Shown: positions 10,420 to 20,818, counted from the first letter of the whole stretch. The stretch: DNA of 45,013 bases, filler included, from an uncultured virus (IMG/VR IMGVR_UViG_2049941000_000291) (11 parts of one record of this genome joined end to end with filler, not necessarily neighbours in it); one strand, 5' to 3'. Program-made: numbers and translations. Notes: a model not told the origin generated them from the letters alone.

Positions 10420-10752
10420 CGTCTAATGAATGTAGGTGAAACAAAAATGTTCTACTGTGTGGAACTCGGATTTTTTATCCGTATATATCGCTCGGCAAAG
10501 ACCACTTATGCGGTCGCCAAGCTCCGCTTAGGCGATGTTAAAAGCCATTCGCTTGACTTCTGTCACGCCTTTACAATGACCAATAACGCCAAGCTGAACC
10601 TTAACGGAGTAATCAAGGCTGCCATCGACCACTGTGTGCTTCCGTTGGTGGTCAAGGACGACCGTGGCTACGAGGTAATCCCCATAGCGGATTCGAGCAG
10701 CAGCATCAGCAAGAACCCGTGGCCCCTGGGCCGACCCACTACCACGGCGTAG
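10420..10752 (+). CDS. Hypothetical protein, 3' part
   Basis: Open frame ending at TAG just before an element copy. Confidence 0.6.
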   Translation, partial: RLMNVGETKMFYCVELGFFIRIYRSAKTTYAVAKLRLGDVKSHSLDFCHAFTMTNNAKLNLNGVIKAAIDHCVLPLVVKDDRGYEVIPIADSSSSISKNPWPLGRPTTTA

Positions 10753-10753
10753 G

Positions 10754-10801
10754 ACTGGCGATGAACCGGCGAGGCTGACCTCGTCGGTTATTTGCTATAT
10801 G
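10754..10801 (+). promoter_or_regulatory. Element copy, strong hairpin
   Basis: AACCGGCGAGG-CTGA-CCTCGTCGGTT, TATTTG. Confidence 0.8.
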
Positions 10802-10823
10802 CACCCAACAACAAGGAGTTGAT

Positions 10824-11243
10824 ATGATTCAGAATACACACGAAGTAATTGTCAAGTTTAAGGAAGACGGCGTAGAACAGCAATGCTTTATCGCCATCGG
10901 TAACGCCGACGGCGTTGATACGGCAACAGACGAAACCATCTTCTTCTACTGTGAAACCGAGGACGACTTCCGCAAGCTGTTCTTGGGTCGCAACGGCGAA
11001 GACTTCAGGGTCTTGCGTGAAGTCAACAGCAACGACCCTAACGTCTACAGCTGGTGGCGTCTGGGTTGCTCGTCGGTGCTGACCAAGAGCGAGCTCGACC
11101 GTCTGAACGACGGCGACAGCGACTTGCTCGTGGAGCTGTTCAAGGCTGGACGCTTCACGCTCGACGGCGAGAGCTACATCCCTGGCGACTGTGACTGTCT
11201 GGGCGAGAAGCTGTATAACGACGAAGTCACGGTAAATGTCTAA
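10824..11243 (+). CDS. Hypothetical protein (139 aa)
   Basis: Complete ORF with SD. Confidence 0.85.
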   Translation: MIQNTHEVIVKFKEDGVEQQCFIAIGNADGVDTATDETIFFYCETEDDFRKLFLGRNGEDFRVLREVNSNDPNVYSWWRLGCSSVLTKSELDRLNDGDSDLLVELFKAGRFTLDGESYIPGDCDCLGEKLYNDEVTVNV

Positions 11244-11629
11244 CAAGTTCACAGCCCAGTCGTTCGACTGGGCTTCTTTTATGGAGGNNNNNNNNNNNNN
11301 NNNNNNNNNNNNNNNNNNNNNNNNNNNNNNNNNNNNNNNNNNNNNNNNNNNNNNNNNNNNNNNNNNNNNNNNNNNNNNNNNNNNNNNNNNNNNNNNNNNN
11401 NNNNNNNNNNNNNNNNNNNNNNNNNNNNNNNNNNNNNNNNNNNNNNNNNNNNNNNNNNNNNNNNNNNNNNNNNNNNNNNNNNNNNNNNNNNNNNNNNNNN
11501 NNNNNNNNNNNNNNNNNNNNNNNNNNNNNNNNNNNNNNNNNNNNNNNNNNNNNNNNNNNNNNNNNNNNNNNNNNNNNNNNNNNNNNNNNNNNNNNNNNNN
11601 NNNNNNNNNNNNNNNNNNNNNNNNNNNNN

Positions 11630-12065
11630 GGCTAAACTAAAAATTTTCGCAAACCCGGACTACGGTGACGAAATGTGCCCAGTATGTACCTGTGAATTTA
11701 CAGCACCGTTTGGACTGGCTGTGTGCCGGACCTGTGGCTTTGTAAGCTGGGGCTGTAATATGTGCCCGCTCGACAAATCTAAATGCTGTGGGGACAGCAA
11801 GAAGTGTCCAATTAACCATAACTTCGAGCTGTACGCCGTGTTCAGCCAGAAAAAATTCGACTCGTTGCCGGATGGATATAAAATTTCTGTGCCGACCAAG
11901 GCAACTAATTACGCTATCCTGATGGTTCGCAACCGGGTTAGCCATATCTACACCGAACGGCGTCTGGTAGGCTTCACGACTATCGACATGGATGAATGGC
12001 GTAAAGGCAACCACAGCCTCGACAAAGTGCCTAAGATCGAGGAAATAACCTTTTGCGAACAGTAA
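11630..12065 (+). CDS. Cys-rich putative zinc-finger protein (start may be in gap)
   Basis: CPVC, CRTC, CNMC, CC, CP cluster. Confidence 0.7.
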
Positions 12066-12069
12066 ACCG

Positions 12070-12090
12070 AGCCCCGAAAGGGGCTTTTTT
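12070..12090 (+). terminator. Intrinsic terminator
   Basis: AGCCCC-GAAA-GGGGCT-TTTTT. Confidence 0.85.
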
Positions 12091-12100
12091 GTTTGTACGC

Positions 12101-12134
12101 TTTACAAATCACTGTTCACGAGCGATAATATAGT
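12101..12134 (+). promoter_or_regulatory. sigma70-like promoter
   Basis: TTTACA-17-GATAAT; shares TTTACA-N14-AGCGATA with 17644. Confidence 0.55.
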
Positions 12135-12139
12135 AGACG

Positions 12140-12187
12140 ACTGGAACGGATCCGGCGGGGCTGACCTCGGCGCGTATCTATCCTATG
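12140..12187 (+). promoter_or_regulatory. Element copy, decayed hairpin
   Basis: ACTGG...GCGGGGCTGACCTCGG, TATCTA, TGAACC. Confidence 0.8.
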
Positions 12188-12207
12188 AACCTAACAAGGA
12201 GTTGAAT

Positions 12208-12603
12208 ATGTCCAAGGAAACTGAATTTATTGCAAATGCACAGAAGATTATCAAGAACGCTTGTGCCGACTCTATCGCCAAGGTCGAGAGAGGCGACACC
12301 ATCGTTATCGACGACGCCTTTAAGTATGACTACGGCGACGGTCACGTCTACGTTGCTGGTGATGAATTTGTCGTCAAAACGATCGAACGCGACGAGGCTG
12401 CTGGTCTGACACGGTTAGGCGTTACGGTCGTCAAGGCAGACGCCGACGGAGGCTATCCGATTAGGGCAAAGGTGGGCTGGGACGCGGAGTTCAGCAACCA
12501 AATGCCACTGTTCCGCTACCTCAGACGCACGGACGACGACACGGTGCGTCAGAAGCTCCGTGAACTGTGCCGTGACTATCTGAACGAAACCAAGGAGGAC
12601 TAA
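12208..12603 (+). CDS. Hypothetical protein
   Basis: SD plus ATG at 12208. Confidence 0.85.
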   Translation: MSKETEFIANAQKIIKNACADSIAKVERGDTIVIDDAFKYDYGDGHVYVAGDEFVVKTIERDEAAGLTRLGVTVVKADADGGYPIRAKVGWDAEFSNQMPLFRYLRRTDDDTVRQKLRELCRDYLNETKED

Positions 12604-12605
12604 CT

Positions 12606-12893
12606 ATGTCTATGATGGGAATTGCTGTATGTATCGGTATTGTTGCGGTAGCCTTTTACGGTGTTACTCGCCTCGAAACTTGCTTGCTCTACGAGAAGTG
12701 GAAAGCAGCCTATATTCCAGTGTTCGAAGAATTTTCTTCGGTAATCGACCAAATGAAATTTTATGATAGCTTGCCGAGGATTAACGAGGTTCAGCTTCAC
12801 GAATTTCTCCAACTGCGGCAGAGGGCTTTAGCCTTGCAAGCCGAGGTAGAACGGCTTTGGTCGCTTAACCCACGTCGTCAGAAAAAGAAATGA
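12606..12893 (+). CDS. Small membrane-anchored protein
   Basis: AGGAGG SD; hydrophobic N-terminus. Confidence 0.7.
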   Translation: MSMMGIAVCIGIVAVAFYGVTRLETCLLYEKWKAAYIPVFEEFSSVIDQMKFYDSLPRINEVQLHEFLQLRQRALALQAEVERLWSLNPRRQKKK

Positions 12894-12913
12894 ATTTGTT
12901 GTTNNNNNNNNNN

Positions 12914-12960
12914 CTGGTCACATACCAGCGGGGCTGACCTCGTCGGTTATTATTTCTATG
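12914..12960 (+). promoter_or_regulatory. Element copy
   Basis: CTGG...GCGGGGCTGACCTCG, TATTAT, TGAACC. Confidence 0.8.
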
Positions 12961-12983
12961 AACCTATAGCAAAGGAGTTGAAG

Positions 12984-13397
12984 ATGGTTGCTAAGATTTT
13001 TATTAAGATGAAACGCGAAACTTGGGAAGCTATCGAAAGCGGATTCAAGACTGGCGAGGTGTTCGACTACCCAATCGAAGAGGTCGCAAGCCTCTTGGAC
13101 GGTTCCGTAGGCGACGAAGACCATAGCTTGTACGCCGTCCTCGGTGACCGTGTTGGCGAGATTACGGAGTTCGAATTCCCTCGCTCGTACAATGACTTCT
13201 ACGCCCTTGCTGACGACGGCACGGATAACTGCATTGATGTGTTCGTACCGAACGGCAACAAGGCGACCGTGTGCCCAGACCTCGGTGCGTTGCTTGACGC
13301 TGCATACGAGGCGTTCAGTAGTGGCAAGTACAAGTCGGTTACTGTGTTCAGCTGCCACGGGCCGAAGACCTTTAAGCCAGTCTACAAGTTCTCATAA
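12984..13397 (+). CDS. Hypothetical protein
   Basis: SD plus ATG at 12984, followed by terminator. Confidence 0.85.
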   Translation: MVAKIFIKMKRETWEAIESGFKTGEVFDYPIEEVASLLDGSVGDEDHSLYAVLGDRVGEITEFEFPRSYNDFYALADDGTDNCIDVFVPNGNKATVCPDLGALLDAAYEAFSSGKYKSVTVFSCHGPKTFKPVYKFS

Positions 13398-13400
13398 CAC

Positions 13401-13419
13401 AAAGGGCGTAAGCCCTTTT
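13401..13419 (+). terminator. Intrinsic terminator
   Basis: AAAGGGC-GTAA-GCCCTTT-T. Confidence 0.75.
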
Positions 13420-13441
13420 CTTGTCTGTGCCGATCACGAGG

Positions 13442-13489
13442 ACTGGCCGACGACTGGCGAGGCTGACCTTGTCTTTTATTCTTTCTATG
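13442..13489 (+). promoter_or_regulatory. Element copy, weak hairpin
   Basis: ACTGG-N6-ACTGGCGAGGCTGACC, TATTCT. Confidence 0.8.
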
Positions 13490-13512
13490 AACTCAACAAC
13501 AAGGAGTTGAAT

Positions 13513-14463
13513 ATGGAATTGGAAGAATTTAAATCCATTTGCCAGTCCAACGGACTGGTTTGCGTTGAAAACGATAACGACGAAATCGTTACATTTTCGT
13601 ATATGCTTGACCAGCGTATCGGTCTGGTCTATGCGAAATGGGATGCTTGCGACGAAGACGACTCGACGAATGTCTCTGTATCTTTGTCTGAATTTCATTC
13701 GCTCTTTTCGAGCTTCGAAAGTCAAGATACCTCGTGTAGCCGTGCGACTGCTGAATGGCTTGACAACGCCCTTAAGGAAGCTATTGCCGAAGCGACAAAG
13801 GCGGACAATGCTGGCAAGCAAGGCGACATTAGCTTGCTCGAATTGCGTAAGCTTTTAAGTCTGTTCCGTTACGGTTCGGACAATTTGGACAAGTTGCTTA
13901 GTGAAATACGGCTGCCGATTAGCTTACTANNNNNNNNNNAATTCTACGCTAAAGTTCTTGAATTGCCCACAACTATTCAAGACTATCGTTTTAACTGCCC
14001 ACAGTTTAATGTTCGTCTGGGCTACATCCATAACGACCACAACGGCAAGGTAGATTATAGCCGTGTGGCGGAGATTAAGAACAAGAAGCTTCGAAGCCAG
14101 GCTCGTGCCCTGTATGAACTGGTGGAACAGACGGCGGCGATTATCTGGACGCTTCTCGATATGCCTCTCAAGGAATACGGACTGACCGTCAAGAAAGCCA
14201 TCGAGCTTATCGAAACGGAAGAGTATCGCAAGTGTGCTTTGGCTACTTGGGACGAATGGGAATCCTATGCCAATCCACGGCTTACCGTGGATATTAGGAC
14301 GCGTATCTTGTCTATGCAAGTCATTCCTAAAGGGCTTGAATTTAGCAGCAACATGACCCAAGCAACGGTTGATAAATGGTGCAAGAAGTTCGGTTTGACT
14401 ACTTGGTATGAATGGACGCCACGCAAGGTCAAAGACGAGTACGGCAACACCATCTATCAATAG
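13513..14463 (+). CDS. Hypothetical protein(s); 10-N join at 13930
   Basis: SD plus ATG at 13513; may be two genes. Confidence 0.65.
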   Translation: MELEEFKSICQSNGLVCVENDNDEIVTFSYMLDQRIGLVYAKWDACDEDDSTNVSVSLSEFHSLFSSFESQDTSCSRATAEWLDNALKEAIAEATKADNAGKQGDISLLELRKLLSLFRYGSDNLDKLLSEIRLPISLLXXXXFYAKVLELPTTIQDYRFNCPQFNVRLGYIHNDHNGKVDYSRVAEIKNKKLRSQARALYELVEQTAAIIWTLLDMPLKEYGLTVKKAIELIETEEYRKCALATWDEWESYANPRLTVDIRTRILSMQVIPKGLEFSSNMTQATVDKWCKKFGLTTWYEWTPRKVKDEYGNTIYQ

Positions 14464-14499
14464 TACACCGACGGCGGGTCTGATCCCGCCGGGTATTTT
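14459..14499 (+). promoter_or_regulatory. Variant element copy with hairpin, overlapping a stop codon
   Basis: CGGCGGG-TCTGAT-CCCGCCG, TATTTT at the conserved offset. Confidence 0.65.
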
Positions 14500-14554
14500 N
14501 NNNNNNNNNCCAGTGCGGTCTGGTTCCCCTTTACCGCGTTCAGGCACTCCGGCT

Positions 14555-14602
14555 ACTGGTTCGGATCTGGCGGGGCTGACCCGGTTATCTATCTTTACTA
14601 TG
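14555..14602 (+). promoter_or_regulatory. Element copy, decayed hairpin
   Basis: ACTGG...GCGGGGCTGACCC, TATCTT, TGCACC. Confidence 0.8.
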
Positions 14603-14635
14603 CACCACTTAAACACTTAACCATAAGGAGTTACA

Positions 14636-15215
14636 ATGAAGATTAAAGTCTATGTTCTTTCTCGCACTGAAGAAGTCCGTGATAGCGACGAGGGTCGCCG
14701 TATCCTTGAGGGCACTTATGCTACCCACGAGGAAGCGGAGGCTGAACGCCAGAAGCTCATCAAGATGTTCGCACACCGTCCGAGCTTGCTCACTGACACC
14801 GAAATCGAGGAGTTCGAGGTCGATGTGCCGCTGTTCGTCGTCGCTCGTATGGACGCGGACTGCCGTGAGCTTAGCGTGTCGCTGCATACCGAGCGTGACA
14901 AAGCCGTCGGCGAACTCAAGGCTAACGCGAACGACGACGCTCGTGACGGCTCGCTGGTCGAACGCTGTGAGGTGGACGGCGACGAGANNNNNNNNNNTCA
15001 ACGCTCGAAAGGCTGGCTGTTGCCACCACGAGGTGGCCACAACGGACGGAGGCACTACGCTCTACATTGTCGTCGGCTGGGGCAACGGCTTCGAGGAAGC
15101 TCCGGACGGAACGCCGAACGCCGACGGCACCNNNNNNNNNNGCGTGGACTACCTCAACGAAGCCGCTAAGCGTGTCTGGAACGATTGGAAAGATACCCTT
15201 GACAGTTTGGGATAG
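14636..15215 (+). CDS. Hypothetical protein interrupted by 10-N joins
   Basis: SD plus ATG at 14636; last segment ends at 15215 before a terminator. Confidence 0.6.
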
Positions 15216-15221
15216 AATGAG

Positions 15222-15253
15222 GGCTGGTGGCGAGAGCCGCCAGCTTCTTTCTT
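15222..15253 (+). terminator. Intrinsic terminator
   Basis: GGCTGGTGGC-GAGA-GCCGCCAGCT-TCTTTCTT. Confidence 0.7.
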
Positions 15254-15272
15254 AACCTGTTAGGAGCCGATC

Positions 15273-15320
15273 ACTGGCACACTTCCGGCGGGCCTGACCT
15301 CTCTGGATATATTTTATTTG
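15273..15320 (+). promoter_or_regulatory. Element copy, imperfect hairpin
   Basis: ACTGGCAC...GCGGGCCTGACC, TATATT. Confidence 0.75.
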
Positions 15321-15347
15321 ACCCTCAACCACAACAAGGAGTTATCT

Positions 15348-15671
15348 ATGGTTAATATTCCGCAAAACAATTCTGCTGACCTTGAAGCTAAGCAGAAAGC
15401 CAAACACCAAGAAGAAATTGATTTTATCGTCAACCAGTTCTTGTACGGATTGAAAAATAGCAATGAATCTATCGTTAAGTGTACCGAGCACATGGTTGGC
15501 TATCAAGGTAGTCGTGAGTATCACCACCTTTGCGACGCCAAGGAAGCCGCTATGCAGTTCAAGAAGCAAGGCTACTATTGCTACTACTATGACGGCTACA
15601 ACAACCACGGCGTCAACCAGCGAGCCGTATGCGTCCGCAAGACACCTATGCTTGAAAGCGATATCCACCGT
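15348..15671 (+). CDS. Hypothetical protein, 5' part
   Basis: SD plus ATG at 15348. Confidence 0.75.
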
Positions 15672-16336
15672 NNNNNNNNNNNNNNNNNNNNNNNNNNNNN
15701 NNNNNNNNNNNNNNNNNNNNNNNNNNNNNNNNNNNNNNNNNNNNNNNNNNNNNNNNNNNNNNNNNNNNNNNNNNNNNNNNNNNNNNNNNNNNNNNNNNNN
15801 NNNNNNNNNNNNNNNNNNNNNNNNNNNNNNNNNNNNNNNNNNNNNNNNNNNNNNNNNNNNNNNNNNNNNNNNNNNNNNNNNNNNNNNNNNNNNNNNNNNN
15901 NNNNNNNNNNNNNNNNNNNNNNNNNNNNNNNNNNNNNNNNNNNNNNNNNNNNNNNNNNNNNNNNNNNNNNNNNNNNNNNNNNNNNNNNNNNNNNNNNNNN
16001 NNNNNNNNNNNNNNNNNNNNNNNNNNNNNNNNNNNNNNNNNNNNNNNNNNNNNNNNNNNNNNNNNNNNNNNNNNNNNNNNNNNNNNNNNNNNNNNNNNNN
16101 NNNNNNNNNNNNNNNNNNNNNNNNNNNNNNNNNNNNNNNNNNNNNNNNNNNNNNNNNNNNNNNNNNNNNNNNNNNNNNNNNNNNNNNNNNNNNNNNNNNN
16201 NNNNNNNNNNNNNNNNNNNNNNNNNNNNNNNNNNNNNNNNNNNNNNNNNNNNNNNNNNNNNNNNNNNNNNNNNNNNNNNNNNNNNNNNNNNNNAACAATC
16301 CGTACACTGAATGACGGCAACTATACCAAGACCGCC

Positions 16337-16618
16337 ATGGCGAAGTACGACAAGCTCTACCGCGACCATGACGGCAAGGACGCGACTGACCGCTTTATGG
16401 AATGGCCGGGTTCCTACGAGTGCCACGTCGTTCTGTTGGGCGTAACCAAGTGGGTCGCCGTCCGCAAGGTTCGCAAGATCGTGAACCACCACGTCAAGGA
16501 AGTGACTGAACGCCGTACCTACAAGAGCCGTCCGAAGACTCCGCTCAAGGGTTCTACTTTGTATGCGGTAGGAAAGTTCATGGTGAGCTTTGATGGTCGC
16601 GTTATCGACGACGCCTTT
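16337..16618 (+). CDS. Hypothetical protein fragment
   Basis: Open frame between gaps. Confidence 0.55.
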
Positions 16619-17130
16619 NNNNNNNNNNNNNNNNNNNNNNNNNNNNNNNNNNNNNNNNNNNNNNNNNNNNNNNNNNNNNNNNNNNNNNNNNNNNNNNNNN
16701 NNNNNNNNNNNNNNNNNNNNNNNNNNNNNNNNNNNNNNNNNNNNNNGGCGTATCTGTGGCAAGATTGGCTATCAACACGCCAACAACGCCATGCAAGCGG
16801 ACTACGAGGTGGACTTCTACATGCCCTACGACCCGAAGACTGGCGACGTGGACGACACGGACACCGAAGTCAGCTGTAGTCNNNNNNNNNNNNNNNNNNN
16901 NNNNNNNNNNNNNNNNNNNNNNNNNNNNNNNNNNNNNNNNNNNNNNNNNNNNNNNNNNNNNNNNNNNNNNNNNNNNNNNNNNNNNNNNNNNNNNNNNNNN
17001 NNNNNNNNNNNNNNNNNNNNNNNNNNNNNNNNNNNNNNNNNNNNNNNNNNNNNNNNNNNNNNNNNNNNNNNNNNNNNNNNNNNNNNNNNNNNNNNNNNNN
17101 NNNNNNNNNNNNNNNNNNNNNNNNNNNNGC

Positions 17131-17580
17131 TTCGACAAAACGCCGTCCACCTGTTCCGTCGATAAGGACGATGACGACTACATCGCCACCGTGACAGTCA
17201 ACAGTGAGCTGTTCAGCGAGCTTGACGACGGCGACGGCCACCTCGACGAAGCGTTCACCACCATCACCGAAGCCCTTGAGTGCGACGAGCTGCTTGAGGT
17301 AGGCACGGTCGAGGAAGATGGCTGGTATGAGCCGCCTCACTACAACTACGCCGACCCAGCAGNNNNNNNNNNGACGACCTCGGCCACGGCCAGCGTGGAC
17401 TACACGGAAGAGCAGCTCGCCGAAGCTCTCACGGCGTCGCTCGACGCTCAAGAGAAGTGGGATAACATCACCCAAGAGGAATACGATGTTATCATGGCCC
17501 TCGCTCGCAAGGTCGCTGAAAAGCTTCCGTCCATAGTCATCGCCGAGCTTGACAAGTTCGACGGCGTGGATGTGCTGTAA
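17131..17580 (+). CDS. Acidic hypothetical protein, 3' part
   Basis: Open frame ending before a terminator. Confidence 0.7.
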   Translation, partial: FDKTPSTCSVDKDDDDYIATVTVNSELFSELDDGDGHLDEAFTTITEALECDELLEVGTVEEDGWYEPPHYNYADPAXXXXTTSATASVDYTEEQLAEALTASLDAQEKWDNITQEEYDVIMALARKVAEKLPSIVIAELDKFDGVDVL

Positions 17581-17597
17581 AATTTCTTTGTTGGGTC

Positions 17598-17632
17598 GTT
17601 GGGCGGTTCGAGAGGGCCGCCCAACATTTTTT
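17598..17632 (+). terminator. Intrinsic terminator
   Basis: GTTGGGCGGTTC-GAGA-GGGCCGCCCAAC-ATTTTTT. Confidence 0.8.
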
Positions 17633-17643
17633 CACTTTTTTGG

Positions 17644-17674
17644 TTTACATTTCAATTTTTAAAAGCGATATAAT
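17644..17674 (+). promoter_or_regulatory. sigma70-like promoter
   Basis: TTTACA...GCGATATAAT in AT-rich DNA; the downstream gene lacks the repeated element. Confidence 0.6.
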
Positions 17675-17705
17675 AGGTAGAAACCTTTAGCCCATAGGAG
17701 TAGAT

Positions 17706-17984
17706 ATGGAACAAGAAATCGTCCGCAACATTAACCGCCAGCTTGAAGATTTAAATTTTGACCTCATCGAACACAAGATGAAAGTCTATGAGGACACTCA
17801 AAGAGCCCTTTTGCGGAGTGCCAAGCGACTTCCAATGCTCAAAAAAATTCGTGCTCCACGATCGATCATTGACGGCGAAGTGAGGCTCTTTGTCCGCTTG
17901 TCGAGCAGATTTTTCCGTCTGAAACGCTGGGCCGAAGCTCCAGCGACTGACGATTTCATAAACACAATGCTCACGGCTGGCTAA
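17706..17984 (+). CDS. Hypothetical protein (92 aa)
   Basis: AGGAG SD, complete ORF. Confidence 0.8.
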   Translation: MEQEIVRNINRQLEDLNFDLIEHKMKVYEDTQRALLRSAKRLPMLKKIRAPRSIIDGEVRLFVRLSSRFFRLKRWAEAPATDDFINTMLTAG

Positions 17985-17985
17985 A

Positions 17986-18033
17986 ACTGGCTGTCTGACG
18001 GCGGGGCCTACCTCGCCGTCTATTCTTTATATG
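17986..18033 (+). promoter_or_regulatory. Element copy, strong hairpin
   Basis: GACGGCGGGG-CCTA-CCTCGCCGTC, TATTCT, TGAACC. Confidence 0.85.
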
Positions 18034-18787
18034 AACCTAAAACAAAGGAGTTATCANNNNNNNNNNNNNNNNNNNNNNNNNNNNNNNNNNNNNNNNNNNN
18101 NNNNNNNNNNNNNNNNNNNNNNNNNNNNNNNNNNNNNNNNNNNNNNNNNNNNNNNNNNNNNNNNNNNNNNNNNNNNNNNNNNNNNNNNNNNNNNNNNNNN
18201 NNNNNNNNNNNNNNNNNNNNNNNNNNNNNNNNNNNNNNNNNNNNNNNNNNNNNNNNNNNNNNNNNNNNNNNNNNNNNNNNNNNNNNNNNNNNNNNNNNNN
18301 NNNNNNNNNNNNNNNNNNNNNNNNNNNNNNNNNNNNNNNNNNNNNNNNNNNNNNNNNNNNNNNNNNNNNNNNNNNNNNNNNNNNNNNNNNNNNNNNNNNN
18401 NNNNNNNNNNNNNNNNNNNNNNNNNNNNNNNNNNNNNNNNNNNNNNNNNNNNNNNNNNNNNNNNNNNNNNNNNNNNNNNNNNNNNNNNNNNNNNNNNNNN
18501 NNNNNNNNNNNNNNNNNNNNNNNNNNNNNNNNNNNNNNNNNNNNNNNNNNNNNNNNNNNNNNNNNNNNNNNNNNNNNNNNNNNNNNNNNNNNNNNNNNNN
18601 NNNNNNNNNNNNNNNNNNNNNNNNNNNNNNNNNNNNNNNNNNNNNNNNNNNNNNNNNNNNNNNNNNNNNNNNNNNNNNNNNNNNNNNNNNNNNNNNNNNN
18701 NNNNNNNNNNNNNNNNNNNNNNNNNNNNNNNNNNNNNNNNNNNNNNNNNNNNNNNNNNNNNNNNNNNNNNNNNNNNNNNNNNNNNNN

Positions 18788-18832
18788 GGCAGCCCTACTG
18801 CGGGGCCGATCCCGGACGATATATTTTATATG
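18788..18832 (+). promoter_or_regulatory. Element copy, decayed hairpin; near-duplicate of 19900 copy
   Basis: GCGGGGCCGATCC, TATATT, TGAACC. Confidence 0.7.
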
Positions 18833-18861
18833 AACCTCAACCAATCAACAAAGGAGTTGAC

Positions 18862-19172
18862 ATGAAAACTATTTTCTGCATGGTACGGAATGTACCGCGT
18901 TATGTGTATATTTTCAATATTATCATGTTCGTCGTTATCGGCTACATCTGTGTTAGCCGATGTGAAGTCAACATGGGCAGCCTCGTTCTGATGGTCTTCC
19001 TCTTTATGGTATGGACGGTACTGAGCGTCTTGATGTTCCAGCCGACCGACGACAGCTGCGGACTGTCTCGACTGCTTGACTGCCGTGTAAAGTTCACCTA
19101 TCTTGGCCGCAAGTACGATGTAATCTACCACTTGGACGCTGGATGGCTGCGTAGCAAGGCCGTCGTCCGTCA
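18862..19172 (+). CDS. Membrane protein with two hydrophobic segments, truncated
   Basis: SD plus ATG; YVYIFNIIMFVVIGYICV and LVLMVFLFMVWTVLSVLMF. Confidence 0.75.
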
Positions 19173-19353
19173 NNNNNNNNNNGCCGCGACTATCAAGCCA
19201 CGGTCACGAGGGAATACATCTACGAAGTTCCCAAGCGTGTCAAGAATGTTGAAGCCTACATCAAGCGTACTGGGCTGGCTCCGAGCGAATCGACATTTGT
19301 CCAAGACCTCGCTAATGACATGGATGTGTACAAGCGAAAGAAAGATTAACCCT

Positions 19354-19373
19354 GGGGCGAAAGCCCCTTTTTT
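19354..19373 (+). terminator. Intrinsic terminator
   Basis: GGGGC-GAAA-GCCCC-TTTTTT. Confidence 0.85.
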
Positions 19374-19393
19374 ATTTTGTTCTGGTCTGGACT

Positions 19394-19441
19394 ACTGGAT
19401 CGATCCGGACGGGGTTGACCTGGCCAGATATATTTAATGTG
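19394..19441 (+). promoter_or_regulatory. Element copy, decayed hairpin
   Basis: ACTGG...ACGGGGTTGACC, TATATT, TGAACC. Confidence 0.75.
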
Positions 19442-19464
19442 AACCTAACAGCAAGGAGTTATCC

Positions 19465-19830
19465 ATGAAAAAGTCTAAAGAAGCTGCTGCTAAGCAGAAA
19501 GTGTATGTGTTCATCAATGTATGGGAAGACCGTCACGGCGAAAGCGGTTCTGATGTGCGTGTGTTCAGCACAAAAAAGAAATTGGATGAACACTTCGCCG
19601 AGGATGTACGTTCCTACATCGGCATCCAAGGAGCTCTTGGCACCACGAAAACTGGCAGAGAGGTGATTGACCATAACGAGGTTAGTTCTATCGGTTACGA
19701 CAGCCTAACGCGTAACCGTTCGTTACGAAGCGTCATCCAGACAGCACTCAAGGAACGCTCGCTGGAAATCAATATCGACGACAGCGGAACCAATGCCAAA
19801 TGGAGCTTGGAAGAACAGGAAGTCTTGTAA
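19465..19830 (+). CDS. Hypothetical protein (121 aa)
   Basis: Complete ORF with SD and terminator. Confidence 0.85.
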   Translation: MKKSKEAAAKQKVYVFINVWEDRHGESGSDVRVFSTKKKLDEHFAEDVRSYIGIQGALGTTKTGREVIDHNEVSSIGYDSLTRNRSLRSVIQTALKERSLEINIDDSGTNAKWSLEEQEVL

Positions 19831-19833
19831 TCT

Positions 19834-19854
19834 AGGGGCGAAAGCCCCTTTTTT
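19834..19854 (+). terminator. Intrinsic terminator
   Basis: AGGGGC-GAAA-GCCCCT-TTTTT. Confidence 0.85.
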
Positions 19855-19899
19855 ATTTTATCAACAACTTATCAACAGTTGTGAATAAAGTGCCGGATG

Positions 19900-19947
19900 A
19901 CTGGCAGCCCTACTGCGGGGCCGATCCGGGACGATATATTTTATGTG
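19900..19947 (+). promoter_or_regulatory. Element copy, decayed hairpin
   Basis: ACTGG...GCGGGGCCGATCC, TATATT, TGAACC. Confidence 0.8.
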
Positions 19948-20027
19948 AACCTCAACCAATCAANNNNNNNNNNAATGGTGTTCGAGACGCACCCAAATGC
20001 GGTCATCGAGAGCTGCGAAATCATCTA

Positions 20028-20075
20028 ACTGGTCATGATCCGGCGGGGCCTACCTCGCCGTCTATCCTTTATATG
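20028..20075 (+). promoter_or_regulatory. Element copy with hairpin
   Basis: TAACTGG; CGGCGGGG-CCTA-CCTCGCCG, TATCCT. Confidence 0.8.
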
Positions 20076-20099
20076 AACCTAAACCAAAGGAGTTACAAT

Positions 20100-20473
20100 A
20101 TGGGTTACACAAATCACTGGGACATCGAACCGTCTTTCATCGCACAAGAGCAGCCTGAGTTCGACCCTCAAATGTTGGCGATTATGAAGCGTGTCGTCAA
20201 GTGCTACAACGAGCAGCAGACGAACAAGGATATGCGTCTCAAGTCTCGCCTCACTGCCAAGCGTATCCAGCTGTACGGCGATCCGGCTACTTACGAATCC
20301 TTTGACATCACTCTCGTCAAAGACCCACGGCTCGGACGCCTTGGCATTGACAGCTTCGACTTCTGCAAGACTGCTCGCGAACCGTACGACCGTGTCGTCA
20401 AGGTGTTCCTGAACTTGCTCAAGTACTTCAAGGTCATCAAGTCTTGGCGGCACGAGGACAACTGCCGCTGTGC
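20100..20473 (+). CDS. Conserved phage-type hypothetical protein (MGYTxxW...FCKTARxPYD family)
   Basis: MGYTNHW start and FDFCKTAREPYD motif, recalled from uncharacterised phage proteins. Confidence 0.75.
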
Positions 20474-20508
20474 NNNNNNNNNNAATCTTTAACCTCAAGG
20501 AGCTATCT

Positions 20509-20811
20509 ATGGCCACTATCCTCGACGACGCACAAATAAAATTCATGAAACGCTGCCAGCCCAGTCCGGCGGCCAGCAAGGAAATCAACGCCGCTGTTGA
20601 AAATCTGAAAAAGGTTCTGGAAAAGAATAAGTGTACTGCCTATGTTGACCAGGTCTGCGGCAATCTGGCCGTGTTCAAGCAAGATTCCGGCGTGAAGTGC
20701 CTCGACGGCGACGAACGAATTCCGGCTGGCCTCAAGCAAGTCTTGCCGCTGCATGTAACCACGCCGTTCAAGACCTACAACGCCGAGCACGACTTGTTCT
20801 ACTCGAAATAA
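20509..20811 (+). CDS. Hypothetical protein; paralog of 2-160
   Basis: SD plus ATG; FKTYNAEH. Confidence 0.8.
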   Translation: MATILDDAQIKFMKRCQPSPAASKEINAAVENLKKVLEKNKCTAYVDQVCGNLAVFKQDSGVKCLDGDERIPAGLKQVLPLHVTTPFKTYNAEHDLFYSK

Positions 20812-20818
20812 TCCGGAC

